Below, piece after piece: positions 19,109-27,532 of a stretch of DNA of 64,000 bases. Where the stretch lies: NCBI GenBank assembly GCA_030680695.1, contig JAUXUT010000149.1, positions 357,000-420,999 of the forward strand. Direction: 5' to 3'. The position numbers were made by a program, and so were the translations under genes. The stretch's first letter is position 1. Each line of letters opens with the position of its first letter. Under the pieces are notes generated by a model. The model saw only the letters and a program-made list of their open reading frames with translations. It did not search any database and had not been told where the DNA came from. The DNA comes from a bacterium (lineage in GTDB: Bacteria > Patescibacteriota > Minisyncoccia > Phycocordibacterales > UBA6065).

Positions 19109-20344
19109 CTACGGATTCTGTGCGAGCATCTCGAGAGCATCGGCTATCCTGTCCACATCCCGCTCATCGATGTCAGGGTCTAGAGTGAACCTCAAAGTGT
19201 TTCTAGACCGCCAACCCTTGCCCTTCAACATAGCGGCAACGACATAAGAATCCTCCTCGCCTTTGAGGCATGAACTCTTGGTCGAGCAAGCGATGCCCAT
19301 CTCGTCGAGCTTGATTACAGCAAATTCAGGATCGGATATGTTTGGAAGCGACACGTTTAAATTATTTGGAAGACGGCGTTCGAGCGTGCCATTGATAGCA
19401 GCATCTGGTATGCGGCGCTCGATATGGGTGACGAGACGATTGCGCATCGCTTTCGCTTTCACGACGCGCGCGTCGCGCCCTTTGTGGGCGAGCTCAAAAG
19501 CCTTGGTAAAACCTGCGATGAGTTCAAGGCTTTCAGTCGTGGCGCGCATGCCGCGTTCCTGTCCCCCGCCGAGGATTAGCGGTGCGCATTCAATACCTCG
19601 GCGTAAGACAAGCGCGCCGACGCCTTTCGGACCCTGCATTTTATGCCCATCCAGTGTCATGGCGTCGGCGCGCATACCTTCCATATCACATGACATCCAC
19701 AACGGCGTCTGGCAAGCATCGACGTGGAATATCGGGTAATCGCTTTCCCTCTCTGCTTTGAGCTTGCGCAGACCGGCACCAATGCGCGACACCTGTTGTA
19801 CTGTACCGATTTCGTTGTTTGCGAGCATACACGTGACAAGCACAGTGTTCGGGCGTACAGCGGCAAGGATGTCTTCGGCGCGGACCACACCATCCTGGCC
19901 GGGGTCGACGAAGGTGATTTTGGCGCCGAGCGAAGCGAGGCGCCTTAATGGTTCGAGCACTGACGAGTGCTCGATCGATGTTGAAACTAAATGCAAATCA
20001 TTTGCATTTGCACCAGCGGCCATACAGGCATCGGTAATGCCACGAATGACAGTATTATTCGCCTCGGTGCCTCCAGATGTGAAATAAACTTCGTCCGGCC
20101 TTGCAGAAACGATATGTGCACAAGAGGTACGGAACGACTCGAGTATTCGTTTTGCCTCGACACCCTCTCGATACAAAGATGATGGATTCGCGGCAGTGCG
20201 ACGAACCGAAGCCATCGCATCTTTCACTTCAGGATGCATCGGTGCGGTAGCCGCCCAGTCTGCATAGATACGCCGAGCCGCTCCGAGAAGCGATAAGCGT
20301 GCCGGACCAGAAAAACTCGATACAAGGTTAGAGAAGAAGGACAT
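19109..20344 (-). CDS. cysteine desulfurase (NifS/IscS class V aminotransferase)
   Basis: FTSGGTEANN and SGHKMQGPKGVGAL (PLP-Lys) motifs. Confidence 0.85.
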   Translation of the reverse strand: MSFFSNLVSSFSGPARLSLLGAARRIYADWAATAPMHPEVKDAMASVRRTAANPSSLYREGVEAKRILESFRTSCAHIVSARPDEVYFTSGGTEANNTVIRGITDACMAAGANANDLHLVSTSIEHSSVLEPLRRLASLGAKITFVDPGQDGVVRAEDILAAVRPNTVLVTCMLANNEIGTVQQVSRIGAGLRKLKAERESDYPIFHVDACQTPLWMSCDMEGMRADAMTLDGHKMQGPKGVGALVLRRGIECAPLILGGGQERGMRATTESLELIAGFTKAFELAHKGRDARVVKAKAMRNRLVTHIERRIPDAAINGTLERRLPNNLNVSLPNISDPEFAVIKLDEMGIACSTKSSCLKGEEDSYVVAAMLKGKGWRSRNTLRFTLDPDIDERDVDRIADALEMLAQNP

Positions 20345-20397
20345 GCGAACATGATACGAGGCGCGCGACTAAAAAACAAATAAAAAGCTGATAAACA

Positions 20398-20904
20398 TTG
20401 CTTCAAGCCGCTTTTTCGGCTAGTATAAACCGCATGACGATCTCTCCTGACATGCTGATTGGTATCCTCATAGGCCTCGTCGCTATCGTCGCGTTGGGGC
20501 TTATCCGCCTTGAAGTGAAGCTCCGCAGGCTCTGCCGCGGCGCACAGGGCAAAGACCTTGAGGCAAGCATGAACAAGATGCATGACGGCATCGAATCGTT
20601 GCAGAAATTCGAGACGGAATCGAAGTCATATTTCAAGAACGTTGAACGTCGCTTGCGAAGATCCGCCCAGGCCGTAGACGTCGTCAAATTCAACGCCTTC
20701 AAAGGTGACGGCCTGGGCGGAAACCAGTCCTTCGCCGCCGCCATCCTCGACGAGGACGGCAACGGCGCCGTCATATCGAGCCTCTACTCCCGTGACCGTG
20801 TTTCTGTATTCTCGAAACCGATAAAACGGTTTGCCGGCGAGATTGAACTTTCCCAGGAAGAAACCGACGCTGTGTCCCGCGCCAAGGCCAAACTGTCTGC
20901 ATAA
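20398..20904 (+). CDS. DUF4446-family membrane protein
   Basis: N-terminal TM, then VVKFNAFKGDGLGGNQSFAAAILDEDGNGAVISSLYSRD, matching the DUF4446 core pattern (V-R-Y-N-A-F...QSFS-x-ALLD). The likely start is MTISPDM at 20434. Confidence 0.55.
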   Translation: MLQAAFSASINRMTISPDMLIGILIGLVAIVALGLIRLEVKLRRLCRGAQGKDLEASMNKMHDGIESLQKFETESKSYFKNVERRLRRSAQAVDVVKFNAFKGDGLGGNQSFAAAILDEDGNGAVISSLYSRDRVSVFSKPIKRFAGEIELSQEETDAVSRAKAKLSA

Positions 20905-20953
20905 CGACGAGAAATGAACCGACACCCACACCAGAATCTATACGTACACCAAC

Positions 20954-22510
20954 ATGGCAAAGAAAACCGCACAACAGAATACGACTGTAAAACCAACCGC
21001 TTCGGAAAAGCGTCCACCTGTCGTGGCTGTGATGGGTCATATCGACCACGGTAAATCGACACTTCTCGACTACATCCGAAAATCTAACGTCGTAGACACC
21101 GAAGCTGGCGGAATCACTCAACGCATCAGCGCCTACGAAGTAACCCGGAAATCAAAAAGCGGCACAGAAGAACGTGTCACATTCATCGACACCCCGGGAC
21201 ACGCTGCCTTTTCTGGTATGCGTGAACGAGGCGCAACCACTGCTGACATATGCATACTCGTCGTTTCATCAGAAGACGGCGTCAAACCTCAAACCGTCGA
21301 GGCTTACAAACAAATTAAAACCGCGGGTGTACCGTTCATCGTCGCTATCACCAAAATAGACAAGCCGACCGCGAACGTCGAACGTGCAAAGATTTCGCTC
21401 GCCGAGAATGAAATATACCTAGAAGGCTACGGTGGCGATATCTCATACGTACCTGTATCTGCTAAATCAGGCGATGGTATCGACGATCTCCTCGAACTCA
21501 TACTCCTTACCGCAGAAGTCGCGGAATTCAAGGGCGACCGCAATGCCCTCGCATCGGGCTCGATCATCGAAGCTCATCGCGATCCAAAGAAAGGCATCAG
21601 CGCGACACTTATTGTAAAAGACGGTTCTCTCGGTACTGGCCAGTTCGTTGCGTGCGGAAGCGCTTGGTCCCCTACCCGCATGCTTGAAGATTTCGCTGGT
21701 AAAAAAATCGTCACAGTATCTTTCTCATCCCCACTACGCGTCATCGGCTGGAACGAGGCTCCACAGGTCGGCGGACAGTTCGTCACGTTCGCATCGAAAT
21801 CTGACCTGGAAGACCATCTTGAAACCATACGCGAGTCCAAACTCCGTCCCGTAAACAATCCTGGTGCACCAATCGCCGCGCCCAAGGTGCCAGAAGAGTC
21901 AGACAAGGCCTCGCTCCCGCTCATCATCAAAGCCGACGTCCTTGGCTCGGCCGAAGCTATCGAAAAAGAACTCTCGAAACTCGGTAACGAACGTATCGCA
22001 CCAAAAATCATCCTCGCATCGATAGGAGACATAACCGAATCAGACATCAAAGTTGCAGGCGGTGGCACAGACACCGTAGTACTCGGCTTCAACGTTCGTA
22101 TGGATAGCCAGGCCAAGGCCATGGTCGAACGCCTCGGAATCTCGTACCAATCTTTCGACATCATCTACAAGCTTATCGAATGGGTCGACGAGCTCATCAA
22201 ACAGCGCACCCCGAAAGTCGCAGCCGAAGAAATTGTCGGTAAGGCAAAGATACTCAAGTACTTCAGCGCCATGAAAGACAAACAAATCGTAGGAGGCAAG
22301 GTCATAGACCGAGAAATCGGCCTCGGCCATATCGTGAAAATCGTCCGCCGCGAAACCACCATCGGTCAGGGCGTCATCCGCGAGCTCCAACAGGCCAAAG
22401 TCAAGACATCGACGGTGAAAGAAGGCTTTGAATTCGGCGCCATGATCGATTCCAAGATCGAGCTCGCCCCAGGCGACGTACTCGAAGATTTCGTGGTCGT
22501 GGAAAAATAA
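20954..22510 (+). CDS. infB: translation initiation factor IF-2 (short form lacking N-terminal domains)
   Basis: VVAVMGHIDHGKSTLLDYIRKSNV G-domain, then domains II and C1/C2. Confidence 0.9.
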   Translation: MAKKTAQQNTTVKPTASEKRPPVVAVMGHIDHGKSTLLDYIRKSNVVDTEAGGITQRISAYEVTRKSKSGTEERVTFIDTPGHAAFSGMRERGATTADICILVVSSEDGVKPQTVEAYKQIKTAGVPFIVAITKIDKPTANVERAKISLAENEIYLEGYGGDISYVPVSAKSGDGIDDLLELILLTAEVAEFKGDRNALASGSIIEAHRDPKKGISATLIVKDGSLGTGQFVACGSAWSPTRMLEDFAGKKIVTVSFSSPLRVIGWNEAPQVGGQFVTFASKSDLEDHLETIRESKLRPVNNPGAPIAAPKVPEESDKASLPLIIKADVLGSAEAIEKELSKLGNERIAPKIILASIGDITESDIKVAGGGTDTVVLGFNVRMDSQAKAMVERLGISYQSFDIIYKLIEWVDELIKQRTPKVAAEEIVGKAKILKYFSAMKDKQIVGGKVIDREIGLGHIVKIVRRETTIGQGVIRELQQAKVKTSTVKEGFEFGAMIDSKIELAPGDVLEDFVVVEK

Positions 22511-22532
22511 TCGATAATATAAACCTAACGAC

Positions 22533-22856
22533 ATGGCATTCAGCAAAACACGATTCGAGGAACTAATTCGCGAGCTCGCCTCGAAATTCCTATCTATGGA
22601 ATCGAACAGGACTTCCCTCATCACGGTGACGCGTGTCGAATCAGACCCAAAGGGATCTGTAGCAAACATATACTTCACCGTGTTCCCCGACACCCAACAG
22701 AACGCGGCGCTTGATTTTGTAAAGCGTCAGAGGAGCGAATTTCGTGCATTCCTCAAGAATAACGCCCGTCTCATGCGCATTCCACACGTAGATTTCCATA
22801 TCGATGCTGGTGAACGCAGCCGTCAAAAAATTGACGGGCTCATGGGAGGGCTTTAG
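22533..22856 (+). CDS. rbfA: ribosome-binding factor A
   Basis: 107 aa with a KH-like RbfA pattern (…NRTSLITVTRVESDPKGSVANIYFTV…). Confidence 0.8.
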   Translation: MAFSKTRFEELIRELASKFLSMESNRTSLITVTRVESDPKGSVANIYFTVFPDTQQNAALDFVKRQRSEFRAFLKNNARLMRIPHVDFHIDAGERSRQKIDGLMGGL

Positions 22857-22885
22857 GATTATTTTATCTGCCCCGCATTCCACCT

Positions 22886-22916
22886 TTCTTCCCATCGTCC
22901 TAAAATTGGACGATGG
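22886..22916 (+). promoter_or_regulatory. perfect 12-bp stem hairpin sequestering the start codon of the downstream homing endonuclease
   Basis: TTCCCATCGTCC-taaaatt-GGACGATGGGAA; the 3' arm contains the ATG at 22913. Confidence 0.35.
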
Positions 22917-23590
22917 GAATACGACATACAGTAAACGAAGTCTTCTTTAGAGATTGGAACCCGAGGATGGCCTACACACTCGGTTACATATTCGCCGACG
23001 GATGTCTTGAGTATTACCCACGATTCAGACAAAAATATGTATCGATAGCAAGTACAGACAAAGATACACTAGAAAGACTGAGAGACTGGATGGATTCAAA
23101 ACATAGGATATCATCGCGCAAATCACCGCATGCTAATGGTGCTCAAATATTTGTACTCCGAATCGGAAATGCGAGACTCTACGATTCACTTACGCTACGA
23201 GGACTTTATCCGAGAAAATCTCTGACCGTGCCTTTTCCCCAAGTACCAAAAGATATACTCCATCATTTTGTGAGAGGCTACTTCGATGGCGATGGCTGTG
23301 TCGCACTTGAAAAAGTGATAAGAAAATCAGGCGCCATACGTCCACGCAAGCTCAATGTCATATTCACCTCAGGAAGCGAGACCTTTCTTCATAACCTCGC
23401 TTTAGCTCTAGAGCGATTCTCCTGCGTTAAGCCGCAAAATATCATACGAGCGTGGACCGCATTCCAACTGCGGTATTCCACAACAGACAGCGAGGCACTG
23501 TTTCGCTTTATGTATTCGGATGCGACTGACGACGAGTATCTTAAAAGAAAACATGCTATATTCATTGAGCATTTTTCCTTGAAGTCCTAG
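22913..23590 (+). CDS. LAGLIDADG homing endonuclease, two-motif type (second copy, different subfamily)
   Basis: LGYIFADGCL and VRGYFDGDGCV motifs. The stop codon overlaps the first nt of tRNA-Cys. An alternative start at MAYTLGY is possible. Confidence 0.7.
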   Translation: MGIRHTVNEVFFRDWNPRMAYTLGYIFADGCLEYYPRFRQKYVSIASTDKDTLERLRDWMDSKHRISSRKSPHANGAQIFVLRIGNARLYDSLTLRGLYPRKSLTVPFPQVPKDILHHFVRGYFDGDGCVALEKVIRKSGAIRPRKLNVIFTSGSETFLHNLALALERFSCVKPQNIIRAWTAFQLRYSTTDSEALFRFMYSDATDDEYLKRKHAIFIEHFSLKS

Positions 23591-23657
23591 TGGCGAAGCT
23601 GGTTAACGCGACGGTCTGCAAAACCGTTATTCGCCGGTTCGATCCCGGCCTAGGACT
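23584..23657 (+). tRNA. tRNA-Cys (anticodon GCA)
   Basis: GTCCTAG acceptor pairs with CTAGGAC; anticodon stem ACGGT/ACCGT with loop CTGCAAA; T-arm GCCGG-TTCGATC-CCGGC. Confidence 0.85.
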
Positions 23658-23667
23658 CAATAAAATA

Positions 23668-23753
23668 TGGTGGGCCAGGTGGGAGTCGAACCCACACGCC
23701 TTTCGGCAAGAAATTTTAAGTCTCTCGTGTATAACCAGTTTCACCACTGGCCC
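23668..23753 (-). tRNA. tRNA-Leu (anticodon TAA), class II
   Basis: Reverse complement gives GGGCCAG...CTGGCCC-A-CCA; loop CTTAAAA; long variable arm; T-arm GTGGG-TTCGACT-CCCAC. Confidence 0.85.
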
Positions 23754-23815
23754 AATGCTCAAAGCCTATCATAAAACTGGAAAAAACCAGTGATGTGCGC
23801 TAGGATATTCCACAT

Positions 23816-23888
23816 CCGCCCTTAGCTCAGCTGGTAGAGCAGATCCCTCTTAAGGATAAGGTCGTAGGTTCGATCCCTACAGGGCGGA
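23816..23888 (+). tRNA. tRNA-Lys (anticodon CTT)
   Basis: CCGCCCT acceptor pairs with AGGGCGG (C1:G72); TAGCTCAGCTGGTAGAGC D-arm; loop CTCTTAA; T-arm GTAGG-TTCGATC-CCTAC. There is a G27·A43 mismatch. Confidence 0.7.
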
Positions 23889-23902
23889 CAAACGTTAAAG
23901 AA

Positions 23903-23925
23903 AACCGCCTGTGGCGGTTTTCTAG
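23903..23925 (+). terminator. terminator after tRNA-Lys
   Basis: AACCGCCtgtGGCGGTT followed by a T-run. Confidence 0.5.
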
Positions 23926-24054
23926 TTTGGCCGAGCCGGAGCCATATTTTTCGTCTCGAAAAATGGCGAGGCGGGGTCGCGGGTTCAGAGCGCGACGGCG
24001 CGAGGAAACCTGTGACGACCGGCTTCTCTCGTGTATACTTGGTCGATACACCCT

Positions 24055-24135
24055 GCGCGGGTGGTGAAATGGCAGACACACTTGCCTTAGGAGCAAGCGC
24101 CGCAAGGCATGGAGGTTCAAGTCCTCTCCCGCGCA
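24055..24135 (+). tRNA. tRNA-Leu (anticodon TAG), class II
   Basis: GCGCGGG acceptor pairs with CCCGCGC; anticodon stem CTTGC/GCAAG with loop CTTAGGA; long variable arm; T-arm GGAGG-TTCAAGT-CCTCT. Confidence 0.85.
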
Positions 24136-24188
24136 CAATTACCGGATTGCTTGACTTTGCGCACGTAAATTGAGATAACGTGTGTTAA

Positions 24189-24563
24189 ATGAACATTAAA
24201 CCCACGAGAACGAGGACGCTGCTCCTCGTCGAGGATACTGACATACTACGAGACTTGCTCGAATTCGCCCTAGAAAGCCACCATTTTGTGGTAGTAGCGA
24301 AAAGCTCCTTTGCGGCGGGCCTACGGGCCATCCAAAAACAGGAGTATTTCGCCATCATCACGGACCAATTTCTGGGCGACGGCCATGGGACTGATCTTCT
24401 TGAGGAGGCCAAGGTTGAGCAACCTAATGCCCTTAGGTACCTCATGAGTTCAGCTCCAGAACCCAAGGGCCATTGCGCCCACACATTCTTGAGCAAGCTT
24501 GATCCAGCTCCGCTTCAACAACGGCTGTTGATAGCCATCGAAAAGGCAGGGTCTCGCAAATAA
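24189..24563 (+). CDS. stand-alone response-regulator receiver (REC) domain protein
   Basis: LLLVEDTDILRDL is the acidic pocket; IITDQ is the phospho-acceptor Asp; FLSKL carries the conserved Lys. There is no output domain. Confidence 0.65.
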   Translation: MNIKPTRTRTLLLVEDTDILRDLLEFALESHHFVVVAKSSFAAGLRAIQKQEYFAIITDQFLGDGHGTDLLEEAKVEQPNALRYLMSSAPEPKGHCAHTFLSKLDPAPLQQRLLIAIEKAGSRK

Positions 24564-24585
24564 CTCAGTGTATTTAACACCTTCA

Positions 24586-24611
24586 AGCCACCCTACCAAG
24601 GGTGGTTTTTT
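24586..24611 (+). terminator. rho-independent terminator after the REC gene
   Basis: CCACCCtaccaaGGGTGG followed by TTTTTT. Confidence 0.6.
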
Positions 24612-24659
24612 CTTCCAAGATATGCATTTCTGGCGCTTAACCAAGGCCTAAATCTCCCC

Positions 24660-24688
24660 TTGACTTTTTATACATAAGGTAGTATAAT
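24660..24688 (+). promoter_or_regulatory. near-perfect sigma70 promoter (TTGACT-17-TATAAT) for the SPFH/NfeD-like pair
   Basis: cTTGACTttttatacataaggtagTATAATtg, followed by an AGGAGA ribosome-binding site 8 nt before the ATG at 24759. Confidence 0.6.
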
Positions 24689-24758
24689 TGAACGTAAGGC
24701 AGTAATTGGGTCGGTATGCGCCGTCCCCTGCTCTTTGAAACTTTAGGAGAAAATTACT

Positions 24759-26078
24759 ATGAAAAACCAGACCGTGATGGGGATGATCCTGTGGATCTTC
24801 GCCTTCTTCATCGCAGTCGCACTGTCCATCTACTTGATGGGTGTTGCGAACGTGCTCGTCTTAGGGCTCGGGACACTGATTTCACTCCCCTTGTGGGCGT
24901 GGGCAGTGTATCTGAGCGCGAAGACCGATCGACAGTTCACCTTCCGACGCACCGGAGAAATCAAGTTCAGTAAGGACGGCGAGGTGATCGACACGGTCAT
25001 CGCTCACGTCCCAGGGTTCTTCTATGACAAGGAGAACGATCTGATGGTCGAAGAGAAAGGCTCCGCGAACGGGCAGGGCGATGAGACAGACAGTAAGTTC
25101 TCTCGCTTGGTCAAGAAATTGGCCTCGGTCTTCGTGAAGGATGCGAAGAAGGACAAATCGGGCCTCGTGCTCGTGAGTCTCCTTTATCCATACCGCCGGC
25201 TTCACAGCTGGAAGTTCACGTGGACCAAGTTCGCGTCCAAGACACACAGCGAGGCGGGACGGGATCGGGTGTTCGATGATTACCTCATCGAGGAACGGAC
25301 AGAAGATGCGATAAAAAGCCTCTACTTCCAATACATCTACCCGATCGTGGTCAGGGAAATCGACCTCAAGGGCAAGATTCAGATAAAGATCCTGCTCCAG
25401 GTTACCCTCCGCGTGCGAAAGCCGTTGCACATCATCGGCTTTTACAAGGGAAACTTCCTGTCGGCCGTGATATCCGAAATCAAGGGCATTGTGGATAACG
25501 GCGTCGGTCATACCAAGGACATTGATGAATGGTATGCCGAAGACAGGGAGTCCGTCATCGACAAACTCCTGCACCCTTACAAGAACAAACTCTTGCAGGT
25601 GCTCGGGGGTGATCTCGAAATAGTGGACGCGTCCTACGTCAGCTTCGATTTCGACGGACCGAACGCCGAAATCAATCGAAAGGCCGCGTCCCAGAAAGAG
25701 CTTAATCGGCTAGAGGGTGACGGCACCATCGAAAAGGCGACGAAAGAAGCCGAGGCTGAGAAGAAACGGGCCGAACAAGAGATCACGAGGGCCCAGGGCG
25801 CGGCAAGAGCAGCCGAGCATGAGGCAACGGCCATAACGAGCATCGCTGCGGCGAAAGCTGCAGATGTCCGTATGGCTCTCGAGCAAGCGGCAAAGCATCC
25901 CCAGGGCGTGGAATTCCTCCTTGCGCGTGAGCGCACGGCGGCAACCGCTGCCTTCCGTGGCTCCACCCTGATCATGGATGGTTCTCGTGGAGGCGTCATG
26001 GTTTCAGCTGGCGAAAGCAAGCCGACCCAAGGCGAACCCAAGAAGGACAAGAAAGGCGAGAAGGAGGTGTCATCATGA
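24759..26078 (+). CDS. SPFH/band-7 (flotillin/YqiK-like) membrane protein, divergent
   Basis: Two N-terminal TM helices; a central region with a beta-rich core (KGKIQIKILLQVTLRVRKP); a C-terminal EA-rich helix (EAEAEKKRAEQEITRAQGAARAAEHEA...) that resembles the SPFH C-terminal AERE...AEGE region. Confidence 0.45.
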   Translation: MKNQTVMGMILWIFAFFIAVALSIYLMGVANVLVLGLGTLISLPLWAWAVYLSAKTDRQFTFRRTGEIKFSKDGEVIDTVIAHVPGFFYDKENDLMVEEKGSANGQGDETDSKFSRLVKKLASVFVKDAKKDKSGLVLVSLLYPYRRLHSWKFTWTKFASKTHSEAGRDRVFDDYLIEERTEDAIKSLYFQYIYPIVVREIDLKGKIQIKILLQVTLRVRKPLHIIGFYKGNFLSAVISEIKGIVDNGVGHTKDIDEWYAEDRESVIDKLLHPYKNKLLQVLGGDLEIVDASYVSFDFDGPNAEINRKAASQKELNRLEGDGTIEKATKEAEAEKKRAEQEITRAQGAARAAEHEATAITSIAAAKAADVRMALEQAAKHPQGVEFLLARERTAATAAFRGSTLIMDGSRGGVMVSAGESKPTQGEPKKDKKGEKEVSS

Positions 26079-26794
26079 ATCTCTTGAGCCAAACTTCCGC
26101 ATGGATGCTGTGGGTCGCGGTGACCCCCATCGCTGTGGCGATCTTGATAGTCATCATGATGTCCACGGATGCCAAGGATTGGATGAAGTCAACGGTTGCG
26201 GGTCAGACCGCGAACGGCAAAACCATCGCGATCCTCTGTGTCCTGATAACAGCCACGAACTACATCATCTCAAAGTTTAACTACGAGTGGTGGTGGGCGT
26301 TGTGGTTGCATGGACCGTTCTTCATGGTTAACCTTGCCATATTGCTGGGCTGCTGGATTAGCATGTCTACCTTCGGGAAACTCGCGAAGGTGGGCGCTGT
26401 CATCATGGTAGCCTTCGCTCTGGCGGGTTGGATCAAGGTTGCTGTCGAGTCGCCGACCAGGGCCGAGATTGCGGCCCAAGCTTCGGAAAGACAACAAGCG
26501 CAAGTCATGGTCCCAACCTTCCAACGAATCGAGGACACCATCCAAGTCCGCAAGGGCGAATGGTCTCACCCGATTGTTGCTGGCGACATCATTCAGATTC
26601 AGTCGGTCACCGGTCTATACGTTCGGTATGATGGGAAAGGCACCGGAAAGCCTATGGCGCCCGGGGTCAAGAACATCATCCCGTTCGAGGCGGTGATGCA
26701 GGAAGTCCGGTCAACCGACCAGGCCTTCTGGATCAAATATTGGCGCGTGGTGCCCACAACGGCACTGGGTGGCGATGATGATCCACTAGACTGA
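26075..26794 (+). CDS. NfeD-like membrane protein (4 TM plus C-terminal beta-barrel), SPFH partner candidate
   Basis: ATGA overlap with the upstream gene. Four TM helices, then RKGEWSHPIVAGDIIQIQSVTGLYVRYDG, which resembles the NfeD C-terminal GE-x-W...G-x-V-x-V motif. Confidence 0.4.
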   Translation: MNLLSQTSAWMLWVAVTPIAVAILIVIMMSTDAKDWMKSTVAGQTANGKTIAILCVLITATNYIISKFNYEWWWALWLHGPFFMVNLAILLGCWISMSTFGKLAKVGAVIMVAFALAGWIKVAVESPTRAEIAAQASERQQAQVMVPTFQRIEDTIQVRKGEWSHPIVAGDIIQIQSVTGLYVRYDGKGTGKPMAPGVKNIIPFEAVMQEVRSTDQAFWIKYWRVVPTTALGGDDDPLD

Positions 26795-26814
26795 AACTGT
26801 TCTTTAGTCAGGCA

Positions 26815-26846
26815 AAGGCCGCGCATTCTATGCGCGGCCTTTTTTC
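26815..26846. terminator. strong bidirectional terminator between the SPFH/NfeD operon and the pilin-like array
   Basis: GGCCGCGCAttctaTGCGCGGCC followed by TTTTTT. Confidence 0.65.
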
Positions 26847-26862
26847 TTTCCCTGTTCTTTAC

Positions 26863-27111
26863 CTACACCCCAAGCGTTCGTTCGAGGACTGCGATAATCC
26901 CCCACACCGAGATCATGATGAAGAGACCGACGGTGCTCCAGAGGATATGATTCTTACCCTGAGTGCGATCTGCGTCGCCGTCACCTTTGATGAAGTAGAC
27001 GTAAACTCCGTAGATGAAGTATACGATCGCGGCCGCAAACATAAGCTGGACGAGCGGATTGACCACTGCGGCAAAGAAGCTCCGTACCAGATCGTTATCG
27101 GTCGCATTCAT
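26863..27111 (-). CDS. small two-helix membrane protein, paralog 1 of the TrbC/VirB2-like family (no signal peptide)
   Basis: FAAAIVYFIYGVYVYFIKGDGDADRTQGKNHILWSTVGLFIMISVWGIIAVL shares the C-terminal helix-G[DE]xxG-x-AK-x-I-x-IIGLF-x-W-x-L module with the four upstream paralogs. Confidence 0.4.
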   Translation of the reverse strand: MNATDNDLVRSFFAAVVNPLVQLMFAAAIVYFIYGVYVYFIKGDGDADRTQGKNHILWSTVGLFIMISVWGIIAVLERTLGV

Positions 27112-27114
27112 CGA

Positions 27115-27483
27115 CTATCGAGGAAGGTTAAGGTTGTTGAGCGGATCCGTGTTTCCTCGTGGAGCGGTGTTGTCGAGTCCAAAAGAGTTGACGAGGATGT
27201 TTACAAGTCCCCATACCGACACCATCACGAAAAGAGCGATGATACCGTAAACAATCTTGTCTTTTGCTGCCTCTTTAGCACCTTCGTCTCCTGCGAGGAC
27301 GTACTTCGCGATACCGTAGATGAAGTATACGACTGCAGCAGCAATAATAAGAGGAAGTGCGACACTGAGGATGTCGGTGATGAACCTGATGACGCCATTA
27401 AGGTCGGTGACGTTCTCAGTTACCTGAGCCGCCACTACCGACGGGAGCGCGAACGATAGCGCTGCGATGCCGAGTGTTTTCAT
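27115..27483 (-). CDS. secreted two-helix membrane protein, paralog 2 (TrbC/VirB2-like topology)
   Basis: Signal peptide MKTLGIAALSFALPSVVAA|QV, then IIAAAVVYFIYGIAKYVLAGDEGAKEAAKDKIVYGIIALFVMVSVWGLVNIL. Confidence 0.45.
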   Translation of the reverse strand: MKTLGIAALSFALPSVVAAQVTENVTDLNGVIRFITDILSVALPLIIAAAVVYFIYGIAKYVLAGDEGAKEAAKDKIVYGIIALFVMVSVWGLVNILVNSFGLDNTAPRGNTDPLNNLNLPR

Positions 27484-27523
27484 ACGTTATTGTAAAGCCT
27501 GATAATTAATTAAAGGCCCCTAT

Positions 27524-27532
27524 ATTATACCA
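27524..27532 (-). promoter_or_regulatory. internal extended -10 promoter (TGGTATAAT) upstream of paralogs 2 and 1
   Basis: The reverse complement of tataccagcc reads ggcTGGTATAAT, about 40 nt upstream of the paralog-2 ATG in a 90-nt intergenic gap. Confidence 0.35.

Noticed and set aside
23822-24138. Two ~104-aa minus-strand ORFs across the tRNA cluster
   Set aside because: They span three tRNA genes and a terminator. They are Pro/Arg-rich translations of tRNA sequence.
26830-27459. 209-aa plus-strand ORF spanning the pilin-like array
   Set aside because: It overlaps two separate minus-strand genes that share a conserved paralogous module, signal peptides and a terminator. The plus-strand translation is charged and featureless.
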